From the NCBI GenBank assembly GCA_947628525.1, contig CANRAE010000002.1, positions 1-46,103 on the forward strand: DNA of 46,103 nt. Direction: 5' to 3'. The notes below the pieces were generated by a model that was not told the origin of the DNA, searched no databases, and saw nothing but the letters and a program-made list of their open reading frames with translations. This document shows, one piece after another, positions 16,594 to 23,615 of the stretch; the stretch's first letter is position 1; each line of letters begins with the position of its first letter. This DNA comes from an uncultured Bacilli bacterium (GTDB lineage Bacteria > Bacillota_I > Bacilli_A > RF39 > UBA660). The position numbers and the translations under genes were made by a program.

Positions 16594-17952
16594 ATGATAA
16601 CAAAACCTAAGGGATGTCATGATATATATGGACAAGAAGCAAAGAAGTGGCAATATGTTAATAAAGTAATTGATGCCACGATGGAAAAATATAATTATAG
16701 TTATATTCGAACACCTATTTTTGAATCTAGTGAAGTGTTTCACCGAGGAATGGGTGCTACTAGCGATGTAGTTACTAAGGAAACTTATGATTTTAAAGAT
16801 CGTGGCGACCGTGATATGACTTTACGACCAGAAGGAACGGCAGGGGTAGTTAGAAGTTATATTGAAAATAAAATGTATGGCAATATGCCGCAACCAGTCA
16901 AATTATATTATAATGGCACCATGTATCGTTATGAACGTCCTCAATCAGGTCGCGATCGTGAATTAACACAATTTGGAGTTGAACTATTAGGAAGTGATGA
17001 TCCTATAACTGATGCGGAGGTCATTAGTATCCCTGTTAATATATATAAATTGTTGGGTTTAAAAGAAATCAAAGTTAATATTAATTCCCTTGGTGATGAT
17101 GAATCACGTAATAATTATCGTGAAGCTTTAATTGCCTATTTTAAACCACATATTCACGAGTTATGTGAAGATTGTCAAGAACGCTTTGTCAAAAATCCTT
17201 TACGTATTTTAGATTGTAAAGTGGATAAAGATAATCCTCTTTTGCAAAATGCTCCTAGTACTTTGGATTATTTAAATGAAGAAAGTAAATTGCGCTTTGA
17301 AAAGGTTAAAGAGTACTTATTAGCTTTGGAAGTTGATTATGTTGTTAATCCTAAGTTAGTTAGAGGACTTGACTATTATAATCATACTGTCTTTGAAATA
17401 GAGGCTCATGTTGAAGGTTTTGGATCTAATAATGTATTAGGTGCTGGGGGTCGATATAACGGCTTAGTAGAATTATTAGGAGGACCAAGTATCTCTGGTG
17501 TAGGTTTTGCATCAGGATTAGGGCGCCTTATTATGGCATTGGACTTAGAAAATATTAATCTTCCTATTAAAGATGAAGTAGAAATCTTTTGTATGGCAGT
17601 CTCTGATACCGAAAAAAATTATGCTGCTACATTAGTTCAAAGTCTTAGAATGAGCGGTTTCAAAGTCGACATGGAGTATAATAATAGAGGTTTAAAAGCC
17701 CAATTTAGACAAGCTGATAGATTAAATGCTAAATATTTAATAATTTTGAATGATCAAGATTTAGCTAATAATGAATTAAAAGTGAAAAACAACAAAACCA
17801 AAGAAGAAGTAACGCTTGGTTTAGACTATTTATTATATTATTTAGATGAAGCACTAATAGATGAAGATGATGATAGTGCCTTTACTGATAATTGCTACGC
17901 TGATGATTGTCAAGATGATCATGAATGTAGTTGCCATCATGATCAAGAATAA
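16594..17952 (+). CDS. hisS: Histidine--tRNA ligase with an unusual acidic Cys/His-rich C-terminal tail
   Basis: KGCHDIYG, LRPEGTAGVVR, YRYERPQSGRDRE..QFGVE and GGGRYNGL are class IIa HisRS motifs. Start placed at ATG 16594 (MITKPKG). Confidence 0.95.
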   Translation: MITKPKGCHDIYGQEAKKWQYVNKVIDATMEKYNYSYIRTPIFESSEVFHRGMGATSDVVTKETYDFKDRGDRDMTLRPEGTAGVVRSYIENKMYGNMPQPVKLYYNGTMYRYERPQSGRDRELTQFGVELLGSDDPITDAEVISIPVNIYKLLGLKEIKVNINSLGDDESRNNYREALIAYFKPHIHELCEDCQERFVKNPLRILDCKVDKDNPLLQNAPSTLDYLNEESKLRFEKVKEYLLALEVDYVVNPKLVRGLDYYNHTVFEIEAHVEGFGSNNVLGAGGRYNGLVELLGGPSISGVGFASGLGRLIMALDLENINLPIKDEVEIFCMAVSDTEKNYAATLVQSLRMSGFKVDMEYNNRGLKAQFRQADRLNAKYLIILNDQDLANNELKVKNNKTKEEVTLGLDYLLYYLDEALIDEDDDSAFTDNCYADDCQDDHECSCHHDQE

Positions 17953-17975
17953 TGTAAAATATTTTAAAAAAAATA

Positions 17976-18006
17976 AAAAAGGAGTTGTTTATCATCCTTT
18001 TTTTTG
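17976..18006 (+). terminator. Rho-independent terminator after hisS
   Basis: AAAAAGGA...TCCTTTTT stem followed by a T run. Confidence 0.6.
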
Positions 18007-18053
18007 ATAAAATATTTTTGTATATAATAGAGGATAGAGAGAGTGTGGGGAAA

Positions 18054-18554
18054 ATGAATAACAATAAAATAAAAAAAATTGCCATTGTCATGTTAATTCT
18101 TGCTATCGGTATTATGAGTTCAGCATACGCTGTTTTATATCAAAGGCTTTCAATAAATGGTAAAGCTAGTGTAGTTGCATCATGGAAAGTTGAAATAGTT
18201 GGCATTAAAGAAGGAACGATTGTAGGAAATGCTTCTTCTTTATCGATACCTACTTATACCACAACTAGTGCTAGTTTTGATGCATCTTTAACTGATGAAA
18301 AAGACAGCATTCAGTATATTGTAACAATAAAAAATGCAGGTACAATTGATGCTAAATTAAATGATATAGCTAATAATTTTACACCTGATGATGCTATTAT
18401 ATATGAAGTAGATGGAGTAAATGAAAACGATGTTTTACTATCTGGCGATACAGTAGATGTTACGATAACCGTTAAAATAAAACCTGGTAGTGATATTACT
18501 GAAGGAGTAAATAGCGATGTAACATTAGTTTTTGATTATGTACAAAATGTATAA
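18054..18554 (+). CDS. Secreted TasA/camelysin-like protein with a SipW-type signal peptide (paralog P2)
   Basis: MNNNKIKKIAIVMLILAIGIMSSAYAVLYQRLSINGKASV compares with the B. subtilis TasA signal ...GGGTWA|AFND...FASGTLDL. KDSIQYIVTIKNAGTIDAKL compares with TasA LKPGDKLTKDFQFENNGSLAIK. It lies directly upstream of a SipW-type peptidase. The track start 17985 overlaps the hisS terminator, so ATG 18054 is preferred. Confidence 0.75.
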   Translation: MNNNKIKKIAIVMLILAIGIMSSAYAVLYQRLSINGKASVVASWKVEIVGIKEGTIVGNASSLSIPTYTTTSASFDASLTDEKDSIQYIVTIKNAGTIDAKLNDIANNFTPDDAIIYEVDGVNENDVLLSGDTVDVTITVKIKPGSDITEGVNSDVTLVFDYVQNV

Positions 18555-18586
18555 TTAGATAAAAAGAGTAATAGGGGATAGTCAAT

Positions 18587-19735
18587 ATGAGAGCAATTAA
18601 TAAAAAAATCGTTTTGATATATTTATTTCTCATTGTTTATGTAACTACAAGAGTTTTATCTGTTAAAATAAGCTCTTTAACTATTAGTAATGAGTTGAAC
18701 CTAGGAATTTGGGGTGCAGCCTTTCTCATTGCTTTTCTACTTACTAGACGAGACTATAATAGATATTTAGATCAATACGATAAAATTCAAACAACTTTCA
18801 TAGTAGTTGTTGGGTACTTGATGTTTTATTTCATTTTAGGTCTTTTTACAGGATATCAACACAACGCTTATTCATTAAGCTTAAGAGGTATTATTACCAA
18901 TACAATTCTGTTTATGCCTATAATTATATTTCAAGAATATATTAGACAAGTTTTAGTTAGTTATAGTAGTGGTAAAAACAAATGGATGGTACTAATCAGT
19001 GTATTGTACGTTATGATTAGTTTAAACTTTAATAGTTTATTTAATGATTTTCGAAATGCTGAGTCGGGATTTAAATATGCTTGTTCTGATTTAATCCCAT
19101 TAATAGCAAGAAATTTTGTCTTTACCTATTTAGCTTATATAAGCAGTTGTAAGCCAGTAATTCTTTATCGTATGTTAACGACAGCTGTTTCTATATATTT
19201 ACCTATAATTCCTAATATTAATTGGTTCTATACTGGATTATTTGGTATATTAGTTCCAATAATATTATATGTGCTTATCAATTATTCTCAATTGAAATTA
19301 GAGCGAAAGCTAACAAGGCAAGAAGAAAAAAAGAGCCGACCCATTTCTTATGTGCCAACCCTTATATTTATCTTTTTGATTGTTGGCTTTGTAGTAGGTT
19401 TTTTCCAATATCAACCAGTTGCAGTTGTCAGCGATAGTATGTTGCCTTTATTTGCAAGAGGTGATATGATTATCGTAGAGAAGCTAGATGAAGAAGGCAT
19501 CAATAACTTAAAAGTAGGCGACGTTATAAAGTTCCTAGCTGATGGTTATTATGTAATACATAGGATTTATGCTATTGAACAAACTGATGAAGGATTAATG
19601 TTTACCACAAAAGGAGACAACAACAATGCCCCTGATAGTAAAAAAGTTGCTGTTGATCAAATACAAGGTAAATATACATTCCATGTTAAATATGTTGGTT
19701 TTCCATCAGTTTGGTTAAGTGAAGCATTAAGATAA
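18587..19735 (+). CDS. Archaeal/ER-type signal peptidase I (SipW-like) fused to an N-terminal 8-TM domain of unknown family
   Basis: The C-terminal roughly 130 aa read VVSDSMLPLFARGDMIIVEK...VGDVIKF...YVIHRIYAI...FTTKGDNNNAPD...IQGKY. This matches the SipW/Sec11-type signature (Ser, His and Asp boxes). Residues 1-250 contain about 8 predicted TM helices, which canonical SipW (about 190 aa) lacks. Confidence 0.8.
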   Translation: MRAINKKIVLIYLFLIVYVTTRVLSVKISSLTISNELNLGIWGAAFLIAFLLTRRDYNRYLDQYDKIQTTFIVVVGYLMFYFILGLFTGYQHNAYSLSLRGIITNTILFMPIIIFQEYIRQVLVSYSSGKNKWMVLISVLYVMISLNFNSLFNDFRNAESGFKYACSDLIPLIARNFVFTYLAYISSCKPVILYRMLTTAVSIYLPIIPNINWFYTGLFGILVPIILYVLINYSQLKLERKLTRQEEKKSRPISYVPTLIFIFLIVGFVVGFFQYQPVAVVSDSMLPLFARGDMIIVEKLDEEGINNLKVGDVIKFLADGYYVIHRIYAIEQTDEGLMFTTKGDNNNAPDSKKVAVDQIQGKYTFHVKYVGFPSVWLSEALR

Positions 19736-19745
19736 GAGAGAAAAG

Positions 19746-21017
19746 GTGGTGTTGTTAGTGGATAATAAAGAAGATTGGTCATCATTAGATAAGGATGTTG
19801 GTGATGTACTTGAAAATATTCCGGTTGACAATATGGAATTTGATTCACTAGGGGAGTTGGATGAATCTAAGGATACTTTTTCAAACAAAGCTAGATCATT
19901 AAAAAAGGATGATGATAAAATGAATAACAAGAAAAAAGAAAATAATAACAATGGTTATAAGATTTCAAAGGACTTTTTCAAGATAATCGGATTAATAGTA
20001 TCAGGATTATTATTAGTTATATCTTTATGGATAATGACTAAATGTTTTACGCCAGCTCAGGAAATGACCAATTCTGTTTTAGCTTATAATACGACAAATC
20101 AAGCGGATTATAAAGTTCATTTATTAAAAAATGATTTTTATGAAACTGATACATTAGGTGTTGGCGAAATTGTCCCTGTAACATTTATTGATAAAATTGA
20201 AATTGATTTTTCAAGTTTCTTATCAGCTAATAAACAATTAAATATGGATTACAGTTATCATATTTCGGGCGTTATAACTGCTTCTAGTGATAATGGTGAT
20301 AACGAAGATGCTGGTGGTAAAATATGGACTAAAAATTATGAGTTCGTTGAACCAAAGAGCTTTTCTGAATCCAATGTTACGGGTTATGCAGTTCAAGAAA
20401 AAGTAATTATTGATTATCAACAATACAATGATTTAGTCAATCGTTATAAATTGCGTGCTGCTATTCCAATGGAAGCTGCTTTAACAGTAACTCTTACTGT
20501 TGATGCTAATAGTGTTGTTGAAAATGAGCCATTAACTGAAAGTACAGCGGTTAGTGTAACGATTCCATTATCGAAGTCAACTGTGCAAATCAAAACAAGT
20601 GGTGATGGTACTAATAGTAATTCGTTAGATGTAGTTGAAAAGATTGCTGCTAATAAAAATTTCGTTTTATTAGCCATTAGCGTTCTAGTATTTATAGCTT
20701 CATTAATAACTACGATTATGTTATTAAAGAGTTTAAGAAAAATGACTGTTGAACATTCTCTATTACTTAAATTTAATAAGATCATGCGTGATTATAATCA
20801 AATCATAATTGAGATAGAGGAATTACCAGAAGTTAGAAATGCAGCTGTCATTGAAGTTAAAACTTTCAAGGATATGCTAGATGTTCAAAAAGAATTACAT
20901 TTACCTATAATGTGTAAGAGAACTAAGACTGATGATGTTAAAGATAATTATTTCTATATAGTAAATCAAAATCAAATATTTAAATATCAAATGAATGATG
21001 AAAACGAAAAATTTTAA
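19746..21017 (+). CDS. Two-TM membrane protein, partner of the SipW cassette (possibly DUF5305-like)
   Basis: 423 aa. Layout: acidic N-terminal tail, TM1 (IIGLIVSGLLLVISLWIMT), a roughly 215-aa extracytoplasmic beta-rich segment, TM2 (FVLLAISVLVFIASLITTIMLL), and a roughly 95-aa cytoplasmic C-domain. It lies 10 nt after the peptidase gene. The start is ambiguous (GTG/TTG cluster at 19746-19758). The DUF5305 assignment is from memory and unverified. Confidence 0.6.
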   Translation: MVLLVDNKEDWSSLDKDVGDVLENIPVDNMEFDSLGELDESKDTFSNKARSLKKDDDKMNNKKKENNNNGYKISKDFFKIIGLIVSGLLLVISLWIMTKCFTPAQEMTNSVLAYNTTNQADYKVHLLKNDFYETDTLGVGEIVPVTFIDKIEIDFSSFLSANKQLNMDYSYHISGVITASSDNGDNEDAGGKIWTKNYEFVEPKSFSESNVTGYAVQEKVIIDYQQYNDLVNRYKLRAAIPMEAALTVTLTVDANSVVENEPLTESTAVSVTIPLSKSTVQIKTSGDGTNSNSLDVVEKIAANKNFVLLAISVLVFIASLITTIMLLKSLRKMTVEHSLLLKFNKIMRDYNQIIIEIEELPEVRNAAVIEVKTFKDMLDVQKELHLPIMCKRTKTDDVKDNYFYIVNQNQIFKYQMNDENEKF

Positions 21018-21046
21018 ATAAAAACTATTAAGATATTTGATTAATA

Positions 21047-21080
21047 AAGCACTTCTAAAAAAAAGAAGTGCTTTTAATAT
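21047..21080 (+). terminator. Rho-independent terminator of the SipW cassette
   Basis: AAGCACTTCT-A8-AGAAGTGCTT followed by TTTAATATTATTTTT. Confidence 0.75.
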
Positions 21081-21108
21081 TATTTTTCTTATCTTTTTAA
21101 GTATTTAA

Positions 21109-21138
21109 TTGCTTAAATTAGTTTTATTATGATATAAT
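21109..21138 (+). promoter_or_regulatory. Candidate sigma-A promoter (extended -10)
   Basis: TTGCTT (21109-21114), an 18-nt spacer ending in TGA, and TATAAT (21133-21138). Confidence 0.45.
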
Positions 21139-21145
21139 ATAATTG

Positions 21146-21335
21146 TCTAGAAGATATGAGATTTATTCTATAAAACCGACTAAATAACGATAAGGGAGTT
21201 CGGAGCTCTATCCGGTGTTGAAGACCTTTATCAGGGATCCTAATGGATAGGTATGGACACCCACCTGCAAAAAGCGGGATTTTATCGTCTAAGGTCTCGA
21301 TCTTTTGGACATTTTTATGTTATAAAGAGGTTAAT
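21146..21335 (+). other. Long (about 190 nt) leader upstream of tcdA, possibly structured; class not recognised
   Basis: No credible ORF: the track extension from 21243 has no RBS. Long-range complementarities are AGACCTT (21221-21227) with AAGGTCT (21291-21297), CGATAA (21188-21193) with TTATCG (21281-21286), and GGTGT (21214-21218) with ACACC (21257-21261). There is a local hairpin CCTGC-AAAAA-GCGGG. GC content is locally higher than in the flanks. Confidence 0.3.
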
Positions 21336-22010
21336 ATGTTAGAAAGACTAGAATGGTTAATTGGTGATGAAAATATTGCCAAATTGAAAACGAAAACAGT
21401 TTTAATAGTAGGTTTAGGTGGAGTAGGTGGATATGTTGTAACCGCTCTTGCTCGCTCTGGTATTGAGCACTTTATAATTGTTGATCACGATATTGTAGAT
21501 ATTACTAATTTAAATAGACAAATTATTGCTACTAATTCTACTATTGGTAAATTAAAAGTAGATGTGACTAATGATCTATTACACGATATAAATAATAAAA
21601 TAATTATTGATAAAAAGCCTTTGTTTCTAACACTAGAAAATATCGATGAAGTTTTTTCGCAAAAAATAGATTTTGTTATAGATGCTTGTGATACTATCAA
21701 AACCAAAGAAGCTATTATTAACATGTGTCTTAATAAAAAAATTAAATTTATTTCGGCAATGGGAACAGGTAATAGGATGGATCCTTCCCAATTGGAGATA
21801 ACTGATATTACTAAAACTAATAATGATCCGCTTGCTAGAATTATTCGCAAATGGTACAAAGATAATAAAATAAAAGAAAAAGTGATAGTTGCTTGTTCTC
21901 GTGAAGTACCTAAAAAAAATGGTAATAAAATAGGTTCTAATAGTTTTGTGCCAGCTAGTTGTGGTCTATTAATTGCTAGCTATGTTATAAAAACATTCAT
22001 TAATGAATAA
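21336..22010 (+). CDS. tcdA: tRNA threonylcarbamoyladenosine dehydratase (ThiF/E1-like, TcdA family)
   Basis: LIVGLGGVGGYVVTALARSGI..FIIVDHDIVDITNLNRQI is the Rossmann/E1-like motif. The size (224 aa) and the absence of the MoeB/ThiF CxxC pairs fit TcdA. Start at ATG 21336 with RBS AAAGAGG. Confidence 0.8.
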   Translation: MLERLEWLIGDENIAKLKTKTVLIVGLGGVGGYVVTALARSGIEHFIIVDHDIVDITNLNRQIIATNSTIGKLKVDVTNDLLHDINNKIIIDKKPLFLTLENIDEVFSQKIDFVIDACDTIKTKEAIINMCLNKKIKFISAMGTGNRMDPSQLEITDITKTNNDPLARIIRKWYKDNKIKEKVIVACSREVPKKNGNKIGSNSFVPASCGLLIASYVIKTFINE

Positions 22011-22032
22011 AAAAAGATGGATTAAAATCCAT

Positions 22033-22650
22033 CTAAAATTTACGAAATAGACCAATGGCTTTACCAAGAATGGTTACATTTTTTAAAATAATTGGTTGCA
22101 TTGTATCGTTTTCTGGTTGTAATCTAATATGCCCATCTTCCTTATAAAAAGTTTTAAGTGTTACTTCATTTTCATCAGTCATTGCCGCAACAATATCTCC
22201 ATTATTAACGGTATTTTTTCTTTCAACAATAACAATATCATCACTTAAAATACCTTTATTAATCATGGAACTACCATGAACATGTAAAGCAAAGACTTCT
22301 TTTTTAGAAGGAATTAAACTAGCAGGAAGAGCAACGTATTGATCTGGTGTTTCAATAGCTTCAATAGGATTACCAGCCGTTATTTCTCCTAATAAGGCAA
22401 CATTAACAGTATTATTAGAAGCATCAGCATATTCATTAGGTACTAAAAGCTCTAAGGCACGATTTTTGGATTCGTTCTTTTTTATGTAACCTTTTTCTTC
22501 TAATTTGTTTAAATGAAAATGTGTAGTTGCTGGTGAATTTAAATTTAATTCTTTACAAATCTCTCTGACTGTTGGTGGATAACCATGAGTTGCCATAAAT
22601 TTTTTTAAAACTTTTAAAATATCATTTTGTCTTTTAGTTAGTTTTTCCAT
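22033..22650 (-). CDS. lexA: LexA repressor
   Basis: MEKLTKRQNDILKVLKKFMATHGYPPTVREICKEL is a winged HTH. The AG cleavage site lies in EITAGNPIEA, the catalytic Ser in HGSSMI and the Lys in VTLKTF. Start at 22650 has RBS GGAGG. The track extension to 22818 runs through the promoter. Confidence 0.93.
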   Translation of the reverse strand: MEKLTKRQNDILKVLKKFMATHGYPPTVREICKELNLNSPATTHFHLNKLEEKGYIKKNESKNRALELLVPNEYADASNNTVNVALLGEITAGNPIEAIETPDQYVALPASLIPSKKEVFALHVHGSSMINKGILSDDIVIVERKNTVNNGDIVAAMTDENEVTLKTFYKEDGHIRLQPENDTMQPIILKNVTILGKAIGLFRKF

Positions 22651-22669
22651 TTTGAACCTCCATAATTTA

Positions 22670-22741
22670 ATTATATCACAAACGTTTGTTTTTGTCAAAC
22701 AATTGTTTACTATTGACGTTTTTACTAATTTATGGTATATT
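22670..22741. promoter_or_regulatory. Divergent promoter region with two AAAC-N4-GTTT (variant Cheo/SOS box) operators
   Basis: The minus strand carries a consensus promoter: TTGACA (22693-22698), a 17-nt spacer, then TGATATAAT (-10 at 22670-22675). The plus strand carries TTGACG (22713-22718), a 17-nt spacer, then TGGTATATT (-10 at 22736-22741). The palindrome AAACAATTGTTT (22697-22708) overlaps the lexA -35. AAACGTTTGTTT (22680-22691, within the palindrome ACAAACGTTTGT) fills the lexA spacer. Confidence 0.6.
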
Positions 22742-22774
22742 TTTCTCTTACAAAATATTAGATGAGGTGATTTT

Positions 22775-23581
22775 ATGACGATTGCTATTTTAGAATATAT
22801 TTGCAACAATGATCCCAAAAAATCTTTAATTTTAGAAAATAGTTCATTACAAAATTGTGATTTAGTTACTAAAAAATTTTCATCAGAAAAAGAATTAATT
22901 TTAGCTAGTAAATATACAAGTTTAATAAGGCAATTTCGTCAAGATGAAGATCTTCTAGATGGGAAAATAGTGCTATCTTATATTAAAAATAATAACGATA
23001 AAATAGATATACCTATTATATATAACGATCATGAAGAAATAATAATTAAAGCTGAATCATTAGAAAATAAAATAGCCGAAGTAGAAAAAGCTCGTAAATT
23101 GTTATTTAGTAGCAAAAATAAAATGTTTTTAAAATCTTTTTTAAATTCTAGCAATATGGAACCTACTGTTTTATATTCGGTTAAAATGACTTATGATGAA
23201 TATAAAACTGCTAAAAGGGAAGGCTTAAATGTTTTCAATAGAGATGGGGATTTTTATATTTTATTACGTGATGTTTTTAAATATCGCCTTAATCATAATA
23301 AGCTTGGTCATATGCGTCTTTTGGTGGAAGATAGCCTAGAAGTTTGGCGCAACAATATATTAAATATGTCAACAGAAAACTTATACTTTTATTCACGCGA
23401 ATTAAGATGTTTAATTAATAATTATAATGAACGTAAGATGCCTCATCAATTAATTTATAATTTAAAAGTAAATATCAGTAATTTAACGCATTTAAATACT
23501 AAGGTTCATATTAATACTAATAATACTCAAAAAGTAAAAAGAACAAAGGGATTAATGAAAATATTAAAAGAGGGAATATAA
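22775..23581 (+). CDS. Hypothetical protein, divergent from lexA (candidate SOS-regulated)
   Basis: 268-aa clean ORF with RBS GAGGTGA. No TM, signal peptide or recognisable domain. Confidence 0.55.
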   Translation: MTIAILEYICNNDPKKSLILENSSLQNCDLVTKKFSSEKELILASKYTSLIRQFRQDEDLLDGKIVLSYIKNNNDKIDIPIIYNDHEEIIIKAESLENKIAEVEKARKLLFSSKNKMFLKSFLNSSNMEPTVLYSVKMTYDEYKTAKREGLNVFNRDGDFYILLRDVFKYRLNHNKLGHMRLLVEDSLEVWRNNILNMSTENLYFYSRELRCLINNYNERKMPHQLIYNLKVNISNLTHLNTKVHINTNNTQKVKRTKGLMKILKEGI

Positions 23582-23615
23582 TAATTTTCTCTTTTTAATC
23601 ATGGAAAGGATAGAT

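Noticed and set aside
18587-19333. Calling the 8-TM domain of the SipW fusion a CPBP (CAAX) protease or an exosortase/archaeosortase.
   Set aside because: Only a partial QEYIR resemblance to EExxxR is present, with no His motifs. The single Cys context (YACSD) does not match the CSG motif well, and no conserved His follows.
21146-21335. Assigning the tcdA leader to SRP RNA (a UCAGG...UCC-loop-GGA resemblance to helix 8), to the guanidine-I/ykkC or Moco riboswitches, or to 6S RNA.
   Set aside because: The key conserved elements are missing: a GNRA tetraloop and AGCA for SRP, and the ACGR/GGGA and CCUCCGAG-type cores for the riboswitches. The region is kept only as an unclassified candidate.
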